This document shows, in pieces, positions 46,597 through 55,153 of a DNA stretch of 64,000 bases (its first letter is position 1; the number at the start of each line of letters is the position of its first letter). The stretch comes from a virus (Duplodnaviria > Caudoviricetes). The stretch lies in IMG/VR virus record IMGVR_UViG_3300035676_000001; one strand, given 5' to 3'. The notes under the pieces are model-generated. The model did no database searches, was not told the origin of the DNA, and saw only the letters and a program-made list of their open reading frames with translations. The position numbers were made by a program, and so were the translations under genes.

Positions 46597-46662
46597 AGTA
46601 TAGCAAAAAAATGGGGGAGCGTCAACTGGATTTTGCCAGTTGCTCCCCTGCGGCGACGATAT
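46597..46662 (-). ncRNA. candidate short late RNA / long terminator with embedded sigma70 promoter
   Basis: GATAAATA (46670-46677), then ATCGTCGCCGCA-GGGGAGC-AACTGG-CAAAAT-CCAGTT-GAC-GCTCCCC and a T run; TTGACG-17-TATACT. Confidence 0.4.
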
Positions 46663-46672
46663 TCAATTATAT

Positions 46673-46816
46673 TTATCTTTTACGCTTAAATGCACAAACT
46701 TTCTTTTCAGGAGCCATAGCATATTTCACAGTTTTACCATAACAATTTTCTTTTGTTGGTAAAGGAGGATTTCCAAAATCTCCTACCTTTTCCATAAACT
46801 GCTGAAAAGTTTTCAT
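46673..46816 (-). CDS. 47-aa protein with T4 internal-protein-like N-terminus (below ORF-track cutoff)
   Basis: MKTFQQFMEKVGDFGNPP..; CTAAATA upstream. Confidence 0.55.
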   Translation of the reverse strand: MKTFQQFMEKVGDFGNPPLPTKENCYGKTVKYAMAPEKKVCAFKRKR

Positions 46817-46839
46817 CGCCCAGTTAAGTTTTCTTTTAT

Positions 46840-47274
46840 TTAGAGATAGTCCTTACGAGTATGATGCTCTGGTACTATTTTCCCAAGTACGATCCGTAAA
46901 AGTCCGTCTTCAAATGTGACTTCGCGGACTTCTGTGTCGTCGGATAAAGTCCACGCTCGTTTAAAACTTCTGCTAGCCACTCCCTTGTGGATAAACGTCC
47001 TATCCGATTCGGCATCTGCTTTTTGTCCTTCGACAAAAAGCTTTCCATATTCCGTGAAAACATTTACCTCTCCTTTCTTGAATCCTGCTAATGCGAGTTC
47101 CAAATGGGATTCGACATTATTTATTTGAATCAGGTTATAAGGAGGATAGTTCGTTGTAGTTTCGTGAAGATTAAAAAGACGATCAAAGTATTCATCCATT
47201 CCAATGCTATTGCGGGTGATTCGTTCCATCAAAGCAGGAAGATCCGCAGCAGTATACCTTGTAAGGTTAGTCAT
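46840..47274 (-). CDS. hsp20: small heat-shock protein Hsp20
   Basis: NYPPYNLI..LELALAGF..FIHKGVASRSFKRAW..F.DGLL.I.L. Confidence 0.95.
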   Translation of the reverse strand: MTNLTRYTAADLPALMERITRNSIGMDEYFDRLFNLHETTTNYPPYNLIQINNVESHLELALAGFKKGEVNVFTEYGKLFVEGQKADAESDRTFIHKGVASRSFKRAWTLSDDTEVREVTFEDGLLRIVLGKIVPEHHTRKDYL

Positions 47275-47352
47275 TATGGTAGCTCCTTTAAAAGCGAGGT
47301 TTGATTGTGTGATCCCTATAAGGCGATCATTAATAATTTATATTAGTTTGTA

Positions 47353-47766
47353 TTATTTTTCAAGTGTGGTTTTTACTACACTATTCTTAACAGGTCTTCC
47401 AAATGTTCCGGGAGAAAACTTCATACCTTTATTCCAAGCAGGTTTGCCCCTCATAGACATACTAGTTTTTTCTCTCGATGCTTTACTTCTTTTTGATCCA
47501 GAAGTACCTTCTCCACCATCTGTCTTATTAATCAATACACCACCACTATCTTTTTTCCCCCAAAATCTTATGAGTTCCACTTCCAAAGATAATGCTTCTT
47601 GTTCCGTTAAATTTTCTTTTATTCTTACTATTCTATCTTTATCAGGAGGTCGTTGAGCCAAACCCAACTTTCTTTTGTTTGTATCTCTAAATCCAGAACC
47701 TTTCCCAATATAATAAGGAGAATATCTATCTTCACGCAAATAAGCGTAAACGTAATACTTTTCCAT
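47353..47766 (-). CDS. GIY-YIG homing endonuclease with NUMOD3-like tail
   Basis: YYVYAYLR..PYYIGKG..R..E.ELI..G..L.NKTDGGEG..SMRGKPAWNKG. Confidence 0.85.
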   Translation of the reverse strand: MEKYYVYAYLREDRYSPYYIGKGSGFRDTNKRKLGLAQRPPDKDRIVRIKENLTEQEALSLEVELIRFWGKKDSGGVLINKTDGGEGTSGSKRSKASREKTSMSMRGKPAWNKGMKFSPGTFGRPVKNSVVKTTLEK

Positions 47767-47768
47767 CT

Positions 47769-47852
47769 GCTTTGTTTGTGGTTATAGTTATTTATACAAG
47801 AAAAGGGGCATTTCTGCCCCAAATCTCTTTGCTTGAATAACCACAAACAAGC
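47769..47852 (-). promoter_or_regulatory. 14-bp inverted repeat enclosing a terminator and late promoter, covering the GIY-YIG start region
   Basis: TTGTTTGTGGTTAT ... GGGGCA-GAAA-TGCCCC-TTTT ... TATAAATA (47789-47796) ... ATAACCACAAACAA-agcag-ATG. Confidence 0.78.
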
Positions 47853-47863
47853 ACTATTATTTA

Positions 47864-48406
47864 TCAACCAATAATACTATTTCTCCACTCCTCACTCATA
47901 TTCACCATAATTGCTTCTGCTGCTTCTGGAGTTTCAGCATATCCTTCATCAAGTAAGTGTGAGAGGATGATGTCGTAAATATCATAACTTTCATCAACAT
48001 CTCTTGAATTTGGAACATTTTTACCTGCTCGTCTTGCTGCCTTGTTTCCTGCTCCTCTATCTCTGGTTGGACCAGCAACAGACGCCCAATATGCCGCATT
48101 TCCAGCACGATGAGGTCCTTTTCCAACTCTTTCATCAGCAGGAGCATTCGTTCCACCACGCTTTCTTACTGGATTTTCCTTTGAACCAGTTTCACTTCTA
48201 CCGTAAAGAAGACCTAATGCTGTCTTACCTTTTTCATTATGATACTTACTGCGTGGATTTTCTCCTTTTGATTTATCACCCTTTCTAACTTCTTTATCGG
48301 CTATGGAGCGAAGTTTTGCTCTTCTTTCAGGATTTGTGATAACTTCATCAAGTTGATAAACTTCCAGATATGCTTCTTGAAGATTGCGAAGTTCTTGTGC
48401 GTCCAT
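47864..48406 (-). CDS. probable internal virion protein
   Basis: MDAQELRNLQEAYLEVYQLDE N-terminus; C-terminal YDIYDIILSHLLDEGYAETPEAA module; TATAAATA at 48426-48433. Confidence 0.65.
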   Translation of the reverse strand: MDAQELRNLQEAYLEVYQLDEVITNPERRAKLRSIADKEVRKGDKSKGENPRSKYHNEKGKTALGLLYGRSETGSKENPVRKRGGTNAPADERVGKGPHRAGNAAYWASVAGPTRDRGAGNKAARRAGKNVPNSRDVDESYDIYDIILSHLLDEGYAETPEAAEAIMVNMSEEWRNSIIG

Positions 48407-48478
48407 TTTATAAATACTTTTTAAGTATTTATAATAATACTTTTATAAAAAAAGACGGGTAGGAAACCCGTCCTCTTT

Positions 48479-48919
48479 TTATTCGGCATCCTCTACCTTT
48501 TTCTTTTTAGAACCAATATTATACTTGGTTTCCAGAATCCATTCTCCTTTGTCCTTATAAGCAAGAACCTTAATTTGGTTCAGGGGAGCAATATCTTGGA
48601 TTTTTTTCAGGTCAACAATCGTGATTAGACCCCAATCTGCAAGAAGTTGGGCAATACGATTACGACGCTGAACATCATTCACGGTCAGGTTTGCGTGTTT
48701 GCCATCCAGAGCAAACAGTTCCTTAAAGTGAACGAGATAATATCTACCTTGCTTGTGTAGAATATGGCAAGACTGATAGATTTTCTTTTCCTTTCTTGAA
48801 GCAACTCCGATACGGGTCAAAGTTTCACGAACTTTCAAAAAGTCATCTGGTTCATTCAGAATGACTTCCACCATTTGATCGGGCGCCCACTTTACTTCAG
48901 GTTCTTGAACGACACTCAT
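48479..48919 (-). CDS. regA: translational repressor RegA
   Basis: PDDFLKVRETLTRIGVAS..YQSCHILHKQGRYYLVHFKELFALDG. Confidence 0.96.
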   Translation of the reverse strand: MSVVQEPEVKWAPDQMVEVILNEPDDFLKVRETLTRIGVASRKEKKIYQSCHILHKQGRYYLVHFKELFALDGKHANLTVNDVQRRNRIAQLLADWGLITIVDLKKIQDIAPLNQIKVLAYKDKGEWILETKYNIGSKKKKVEDAE

Positions 48920-49296
48920 TTTGTTCCTCCAGTTTCAAATTTCGATTTTATAAAATTAAGTTGTTCTTTAGTAAGAATCCTCAAAGCTTGTTTTGCCTTC
49001 TCATTACTATAACCATAATAACGTTTGACATAATCAAGGTCTTTGATTTTATCTTGACGGAGCCAGGGAGAAAATCTCTTCTTTTTCCTCAGACTATTTA
49101 TAAAGAAGTCATATTGTATCTTTTTGGGGAGAAAATGATATCGATTCATTTCGTTTGCAAACATAATACAATCAATGTGCCCAGAGAGGCAACGATTAAT
49201 AATATACGGAGCATATTCCTTCTCAAGTGAAGGATCTTCGTCAATCAGATGTTGCTTCGTCTGATTGATCGAGTTTAACCAGTCCTTCAATTCCAT
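48916..49296 (-). CDS. 62: clamp loader small subunit (gp62)
   Basis: LKDWLNSIN..YAPYIINRCLS..ANEMN..YYGYSNEKA; start ATG 49296. Confidence 0.93.
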   Translation of the reverse strand: MELKDWLNSINQTKQHLIDEDPSLEKEYAPYIINRCLSGHIDCIMFANEMNRYHFLPKKIQYDFFINSLRKKKRFSPWLRQDKIKDLDYVKRYYGYSNEKAKQALRILTKEQLNFIKSKFETGGTK

Positions 49297-50113
49297 AATT
49301 AAAAAGCAAGAGTTCTTTACGTTGTTTTTGCTCACGCATATATTCACCAACAGAACGCATTGTGTAAGTCAAATCAAACTCGGCAGCGTTCCAGTTCTTA
49401 AACCTATCTTTTACAAGTTGGTCCGTATTATAACTTACCAACATATCCATATTGTTGGAATTACAATCAGCAGCAAACTTATCGTGATCAAATCCTTTGT
49501 GCATTGATCCTTTGTTCCCATAGAGATTATCCTTAATATCATAAGGAGGATCGAGATACATAAAAGCACTCTTGTCTCCATCCATTAGATAATCGTAGGA
49601 ATAATTAGTTATGCGCCAATTCTTAATTATCTCAGAATACCCAGGCAACTTTTCAATCCCGCGCAGACTGAAGTTGGAGTTAGATGCTTGTTCTGAAAAT
49701 GAAGAACTTTCTGTGAGACCACTGAAAGAACACTTATTAACAACATAGAAAGCCACAGCACGATCGAAACTTGACACATCTTTATCATTGATCTTCTCCT
49801 TAGAAACTAAGAAAAGTTGTCTTGCTTTATCTGGAGTATTAGCAGTACTTTTAATAGTTGTAAGTGCATTGGAAAGATCAACACCAAACATCTGGAGTTG
49901 CTGCCAGAAGTTTACAAGAGGTTCGTAAAGATCATTCACCCAAATATCTAGGTTGGGATACTTTTTAGTGATATAAATTGCAACACTTCCACCACCAAGA
50001 AATGGTTCTCGGAACTCATCATAGTTGCGAAGGTCTGGAAAGTAAGGTCCCATCTTTTCACAAGCACGGGACTTACCACCTGGGTAGCGTAAAGGAGTTT
50101 TCAGGGATTTCAT
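49241..50113 (-). CDS. dam: DNA adenine methyltransferase (Dam/D12 class)
   Basis: LRYPGGKS, EPFLGGGSV, VNDLY and YLDPPY; start ATG 50113. Confidence 0.92.
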   Translation of the reverse strand: MKSLKTPLRYPGGKSRACEKMGPYFPDLRNYDEFREPFLGGGSVAIYITKKYPNLDIWVNDLYEPLVNFWQQLQMFGVDLSNALTTIKSTANTPDKARQLFLVSKEKINDKDVSSFDRAVAFYVVNKCSFSGLTESSSFSEQASNSNFSLRGIEKLPGYSEIIKNWRITNYSYDYLMDGDKSAFMYLDPPYDIKDNLYGNKGSMHKGFDHDKFAADCNSNNMDMLVSYNTDQLVKDRFKNWNAAEFDLTYTMRSVGEYMREQKQRKELLLFNYGIEGLVKLDQSDEATSD

Positions 50114-50114
50114 A

Positions 50115-50669
50115 TTACCATTCATTAGATTCATCCTCCCATTTGTAAAGTTCATCAACAATTTCATGATATAGTTCTCTTACTTGGTTCTTAGGGGCGG
50201 GCAAAACACCCTTAGCAATATACTGAACATCCCTCTTATCAATCACAATATTGAGTCCAGATTTAGAAACGTTTTTTAAGGGATCAAAATTTTTCAATGC
50301 ATTCTCAAAAGATACTACCCCAAAATGACCCTGCATTTGATCAATTAAAAGCATTTGATCAAACTTTTTTTCAGGAAAAGCATTATTTACATTACCTTGA
50401 AAATTTTTAAGCGTTATTGGTTTTGTGTTAAAAGTAGCATCAGTTTGAAATAATTTATCTTTTCCCTTTGCCTCCCAACGGACATTATTATGAATAAAAT
50501 CGTGCCCTAAAGTGTCATCCAATCCAACGTAAGTTAAAGTGCTAGTTTTTTCAATTGCCTTTTCAACAAATACGGTTCTTGTAAATTTTTGTCCACCAAA
50601 ACGAAGGCAACGAGTGTATTTAATTACACCAATAACCATCGAGAAATCAAAATCAATCATTGTTTTCAT
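50115..50669 (-). CDS. hypothetical, possible PD-(D/E)XK nuclease
   Basis: FVEKAI...GHDF...RWEAKG pattern; directly upstream of dam. Confidence 0.45.
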   Translation of the reverse strand: MKTMIDFDFSMVIGVIKYTRCLRFGGQKFTRTVFVEKAIEKTSTLTYVGLDDTLGHDFIHNNVRWEAKGKDKLFQTDATFNTKPITLKNFQGNVNNAFPEKKFDQMLLIDQMQGHFGVVSFENALKNFDPLKNVSKSGLNIVIDKRDVQYIAKGVLPAPKNQVRELYHEIVDELYKWEDESNEW

Positions 50670-50865
50670 AATCTTTAGGATGATACTTCAAATACTCTCT
50701 AAAAGTAAGTTTCATTTCTTTCTGCGTCATACCACAATGCTTTGCGGCAGCAGGAACAGTCATTTTGGCGCGAAAGAGACCTTCATTTGCCTCTTTTACA
50801 TTTTCAGGAGTTGTTTTTACAGGAATCTCATAAAGAGATGCCTTATCAATTTTAAGCAAACTCAT
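50653..50865 (-). CDS. small HTH-like hypothetical
   Basis: MTVPAAAKHCGMTQKEMKLTF. Confidence 0.6.
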   Translation of the reverse strand: MSLLKIDKASLYEIPVKTTPENVKEANEGLFRAKMTVPAAAKHCGMTQKEMKLTFREYLKYHPKDYENND

Positions 50866-51803
50866 TTAAACTCACACTCCACCATTAGTTCAGTTAATGC
50901 AGCTAGGAGGTTAATTTCCTGATCAGCAACGAACGCAATTTGGTATTGATACTTAGCAATAACAAGAACGGCAGCGGGGATAGAGTTGGGAAGTAGAACG
51001 CTATAAAGGGCGTCATAAACCCTGCGAAGAATGAGAGAAGAATCGTTGTCCAAGTTGGCGACCACCCACTTTCGAACTTCGGAGAAGTTTTTTTCTTTGA
51101 GATGTTTAATGAGATCATTTACTGTAACGTCAGAGAAGGATGCAAGAATACCAGAGTCAATTTCGCCGCCCACCGAATACCTTTGACATTCGTTGAGGAC
51201 TCGGCGCCAATCTGGAAAATGTTTGTTAATCAGTTCGGCAAGGACTTTAGGATCGTATCGTACACCTTCCGCATCCAGGATGTCCTGTAAACGCTTGAAG
51301 AAGGATCCTGCCAGCTGGGTTTTTTCTTTTCCTTTAATCCCAAACTCGACGACTGCACATCGGGAGTGAAGGGGTTCGATGATTTTGTTTTTGTAGTTAC
51401 AGGTGAAGATGAAGCGGCAGTTACCAGCAAACTCCTCAATAAACGCCCGTAGGAGGAGTTGTACATCGTTTCCTGTATTATCTGCTTCGTCAATGATGAC
51501 GACTTTGTGTTTAGCATCTGACGAAAGCGAAACGGTCGAAGCGAAGTTCTTCGCATTGTTTCGGACAGTATCGAGGAATCTACCCTCGTCGGATCCATTG
51601 ATGACATAAACATCTACTCCCAATTCATTGCACAATGCTTTTGCTACGGTGGTCTTACCTACACCAGGAGGACCACAAAGAAGCATATTCGGAATTTCGC
51701 CTTTATTTAGAAAATCACTAAAGGTCTTTTTAATATTCTCAGGAAGAATACAATCTTCAATTGTTTTGGGACGATACTTTTCAACCCAAATAAAATTACT
51801 CAT
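50862..51803 (-). CDS. 44: clamp loader large subunit (gp44)
   Basis: WVEKYRP, GPPGVGKTT, INGSDEGR, IIDEAD, FTCNYKN..LHSRC; start ATG 51803. Confidence 0.96.
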   Translation of the reverse strand: MSNFIWVEKYRPKTIEDCILPENIKKTFSDFLNKGEIPNMLLCGPPGVGKTTVAKALCNELGVDVYVINGSDEGRFLDTVRNNAKNFASTVSLSSDAKHKVVIIDEADNTGNDVQLLLRAFIEEFAGNCRFIFTCNYKNKIIEPLHSRCAVVEFGIKGKEKTQLAGSFFKRLQDILDAEGVRYDPKVLAELINKHFPDWRRVLNECQRYSVGGEIDSGILASFSDVTVNDLIKHLKEKNFSEVRKWVVANLDNDSSLILRRVYDALYSVLLPNSIPAAVLVIAKYQYQIAFVADQEINLLAALTELMVECEFK

Positions 51804-51805
51804 AA

Positions 51806-51928
51806 TCAAATCCAATCAGGTTTTTTCAATTCACATGCGGGGACAATTTCCCACCATTCATTCCCATCAAAAATATACAATTTATGTGTATCTCTGTCAA
51901 GGAAGATGTCGCCTTTACTGTATTTCAT
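51806..51928 (-). CDS. 40-aa hypothetical (below ORF-track cutoff)
   Basis: MKYSKGDIFLDRDTHKLYIFDGNEWWEIVP; ATGA-coupled. Confidence 0.5.
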   Translation of the reverse strand: MKYSKGDIFLDRDTHKLYIFDGNEWWEIVPACELKKPDWI

Positions 51929-52434
51929 ACCCATTCAGGTTTACGCTCAGGCATACGGAGATAATTATCCGCCACCCAAGGTTTGGAAGCAATATACATT
52001 TTGTATGCAGTGAATGTATCAATGCTTTCATCAAGTTTGTATTCGTCGGGCATAGCACGAACGAATGGAGTCACCTCAGTAATCTTTCCTTTGGGGAAAA
52101 GATAATATGCGGCAACAAGAGTATTATAACACGAATGCTGCTTACCATATCGCAGAGTATATTCGTCACACAGATTCATTCCGTGCTTAATCAACCAGTA
52201 TGCATTATGAATGGACTTTGCTGCCCATTGAGTACAAGGATGATTGCGAAAGGCACCCTTCTCAGTTGCATAGGTTGTTCCGTCTGCTTTGGGAAGAGTG
52301 CCGTAGTTATGATACCACTTAGATGCTACAATGGAAAGCATTTGACAGCATTCCAAAGGCATCTTGACGATATGTTTGTCGGGAAGGCATACTGCCGACT
52401 CAGCAGGAAATTCGTTGGTTACAAAGATGTTCAT
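51925..52434 (-). CDS. conserved phage protein, DenV/pyrimidine-dimer-glycosylase-like family
   Basis: MNIFV..DKHIVKMPLECCQMLS..NHPCTQW..C.EYT.RYGK.H..AMPDEYK. Confidence 0.65.
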   Translation of the reverse strand: MNIFVTNEFPAESAVCLPDKHIVKMPLECCQMLSIVASKWYHNYGTLPKADGTTYATEKGAFRNHPCTQWAAKSIHNAYWLIKHGMNLCDEYTLRYGKQHSCYNTLVAAYYLFPKGKITEVTPFVRAMPDEYKLDESIDTFTAYKMYIASKPWVADNYLRMPERKPEWV

Positions 52435-52856
52435 CAGAGACAATACTTTCGAATTACATACTTTACTTTTTCTGGTTTATCTTCCATCCAATATGCTTCG
52501 TGTTCTATACGATAAGAAGCAGTAGATGACTTTACAGAATTATGAACATCTATAATTTTGTTAGCTGGAAGAAACATATCATTTAAAGATATTCCAAAAG
52601 GTTTGTATCCATTGCACAAATGCCCAACATGAGTAGCTTCATGATACACAGTTTCATTCACATAGTGCTTAACATCAAACCCACTGATTTTGATGTTATT
52701 TGTGCAGATAACAAACTTATTTCCAAAGTCTGCATATCCAAAGATATTTTTGTCTCTACAGTATCCAACATTTTCGTGAACACTGTAGTTTGCTCGATAA
52801 ACATCTTGAATAATTTCACGACCGATGGGGGTCAGATAAAGAAGAAATTCCATCAA
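52434..52856 (-). CDS. HExxH metallopeptidase-like protein
   Basis: TVYHEATHVG...EHEAY. Confidence 0.55.
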   Translation of the reverse strand: MMEFLLYLTPIGREIIQDVYRANYSVHENVGYCRDKNIFGYADFGNKFVICTNNIKISGFDVKHYVNETVYHEATHVGHLCNGYKPFGISLNDMFLPANKIIDVHNSVKSSTASYRIEHEAYWMEDKPEKVKYVIRKYCL

Positions 52857-53539
52857 CCAAAAGTCGAATCAGGTTCCAGAGCAATATAATACTTCAGATT
52901 GTACTTGGTGTTGCTGAATTGGGACAGAAGTTTTTCCGACACGACCACATCATAGGCACCAGGAATAATCTTGATATTTTCCACCTTGAAGTTGAAGGTG
53001 AATTCCTTATCAGTCTCACCAACCACAATAGAATACTCGTTAGAGGTGTCGTTCTTCTTATCACGAACCACCAGACGAATCACACCCGACTCACCAACTG
53101 CCGACAGGTCAGGAAGTTGATAGACCGCTGCTGCCTTCACCAGTTTCTCAAGAGAAGCACTCTCCAGTTGGAAACATACATCTTTAGAAGGAAGTTGAAT
53201 CTCCTTATCGGGAGGAGAGATAATCACATTCGGGTCAGCATAGAAATACTTCACACGACGCTTACCTTCACGAATAGTGATATAAGAATCTTCAGTAAAG
53301 TCAAGGTCAGGGTCTTGGTGAAGACTCAAACCATTCAGGAACTGATTGAGGTCATAAACTGCGAAGTCACGAGGAAACTCTTCAGTAATATCTGCTTCAG
53401 CAAGAATATTCTTAGCAACAGAAATAGTGCGAAGACGAGTCCCTTGCTTTACCAGAATTGAATTATTGATTCCAGCAAAGTTCTTGAGAATAGTCAGAGA
53501 GTTATCAGAGAGTTTCATAGTTTGAGGTTTGAGTTTCAT
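52853..53539 (-). CDS. 45: sliding clamp (gp45)
   Basis: ILKNFAGINNSI..FAVYDLNQFL..KYYIALEPDS. Confidence 0.95.
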   Translation of the reverse strand: MKLKPQTMKLSDNSLTILKNFAGINNSILVKQGTRLRTISVAKNILAEADITEEFPRDFAVYDLNQFLNGLSLHQDPDLDFTEDSYITIREGKRRVKYFYADPNVIISPPDKEIQLPSKDVCFQLESASLEKLVKAAAVYQLPDLSAVGESGVIRLVVRDKKNDTSNEYSIVVGETDKEFTFNFKVENIKIIPGAYDVVVSEKLLSQFSNTKYNLKYYIALEPDSTFG

Positions 53540-53541
53540 AA

Positions 53542-53895
53542 TCAACGGAATTCGGTCAGACCATTATCCTGACGAGAATAATGACCATCAAAGTGGAGCA
53601 GTAGCATAGCATAGTGAATGACTTTCATCAAGTCACGCTTGTTGCGACCATCCTTATCACCATAACGGCTTCCGTACTTAAGGATGTTTGCCTGACAAAA
53701 ACCTGCTGCGAGTTTCTTTGCTGCCATCAGATCAATTGTTTGAATATCAGCATAACCAGATTCATCACCGCAATAATGACCGTGATAAGTGCTGGTCACA
53801 TAATCCTCAACATCTTTGAGGATTTTGTCTTCATTGTATTTCCAAAGATGATTTGTTTTTTCAGTCATAGTAATAGTAAAGGTCGAATCACTCAT
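53542..53895 (-). CDS. DUF3310/T7 gp1.7-like protein (putative nucleotide kinase)
   Basis: KYNED..QTIDL..FCQANILKYGSRYGDKDG..DLMKVIHYA. Confidence 0.65.
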   Translation of the reverse strand: MSDSTFTITMTEKTNHLWKYNEDKILKDVEDYVTSTYHGHYCGDESGYADIQTIDLMAAKKLAAGFCQANILKYGSRYGDKDGRNKRDLMKVIHYAMLLLHFDGHYSRQDNGLTEFR

Positions 53896-53930
53896 AAAGG
53901 AAAGGCATATTTTTACCTTCCCCAATTATA

Positions 53931-55064
53931 TCAGAAAGGAGCAGGTTGGTCAACGTATTCTACAGTCAGTTCAGGACCAGTAGAAGGCATCTGGAAGTCA
54001 GCATCAATTTTATCGTAGAGTTCCAGGAAGGCAGTTTTAGTTTCATCATCAAAACGATTGATGCAAACTTGAATTGCTTTTGCTTTATCATTGAAGATGC
54101 TATAAGCACGAATGATATGAACCAGGCGACGGGTAGAGATGATCTCTTCAATACCACCATCATAGAAGGTCTTACGAATCACATCACCCCAATCAACCAG
54201 ACGCTTGCAGAAGTCACGGTCTTCCACACCAAGGTCCAGAGCGATGCCTTCCAGAATCTTCTGTTCGGTAGCAGGAGCAGGATAGGACTGCTCAAAGGTC
54301 ACAGGGAACCGCTCCAGGAACGCCTCATTGAGCACATTGGTGCCGATGAAGCGACCATCATCAGAGCCCTTACCCTTGGTGTTGGCGGTGGCGAACACGT
54401 TGAAACCAGCGACAGGTTTCACGAAGCGACCAATCTTTTTCAGGAAGACACCTTTACCTTCAAGGACAGATTGCAGACACAGAATCTTGTTGGATGCAAG
54501 GTCAATTTCATCCAGCAGCAGAATCGCACCGCGCTCCAGTGCCTCAATCACAGGACCATTGTGCCAGACAGTCTCACCATTCACCAGACGGAAACCACCA
54601 ATCAGGTCATCTTCATCAGTCTCAATGGTGATGTTAACACGAATCAACTCACGCTTCAGTTGAGCACAAGCTTGCTCCACACTGAACGTTTTACCATTAC
54701 CCGAAAGACCCGTAACGAACGTCGGATAAAAAATACGGGACTGAATAATTTTTTTAATATCGTTAAAGTTACCAAACTTGACGAAGGTATCATCTTTATC
54801 GGGAATAAGGTTTTGTTCCACAGCAGGAAGAGCAGCAGGAGATTGATATGCTTGCTCCATTTTACCAACAACAGTAGGGGTGACTTCCAGATTCCAGCGA
54901 CCACGAGAAGTCTTGAACTGCTCCAAACGACGGGTCACAGTCTGATAGTTCAGACTACGAGAAGCACAGAAACCCTTGATGTCGCCAGCAGAGAGTTCAG
55001 AACCAAACAGGGATTGGAGTTCAGAAATCAGTTGGTCGTCAGTCACAGAAGATTTGCGGGGCAT
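53931..55064 (-). CDS. cobS: CobS-like MoxR AAA+ ATPase
   Basis: GLSGNGKT, TDEDDLIGG, LLLDEIDL, ATANTKGKGS and NEAFLERF. Confidence 0.9.
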   Translation of the reverse strand: MPRKSSVTDDQLISELQSLFGSELSAGDIKGFCASRSLNYQTVTRRLEQFKTSRGRWNLEVTPTVVGKMEQAYQSPAALPAVEQNLIPDKDDTFVKFGNFNDIKKIIQSRIFYPTFVTGLSGNGKTFSVEQACAQLKRELIRVNITIETDEDDLIGGFRLVNGETVWHNGPVIEALERGAILLLDEIDLASNKILCLQSVLEGKGVFLKKIGRFVKPVAGFNVFATANTKGKGSDDGRFIGTNVLNEAFLERFPVTFEQSYPAPATEQKILEGIALDLGVEDRDFCKRLVDWGDVIRKTFYDGGIEEIISTRRLVHIIRAYSIFNDKAKAIQVCINRFDDETKTAFLELYDKIDADFQMPSTGPELTVEYVDQPAPF

Positions 55065-55153
55065 AATGTAGTTAGGTGGTTTTGTTTAACTGAAGTAATT
55101 ATAACAGCAAAAAGGGGGTCTTGGACCCCCCAATGGACAGTTTGAAAATTGGT

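Noticed and set aside
51628-52515. 295-aa plus-strand ORF; similar shadows at 56588-57307, 58443-59156, 35001-35582 and 44827-45363
   Set aside because: They span or oppose real minus-strand genes and have no recognisable domains
53946-55145. 399-aa plus-strand ORF opposite cobS
   Set aside because: Antisense shadow of a well-conserved AAA+ gene; no motifs, SD or promoter
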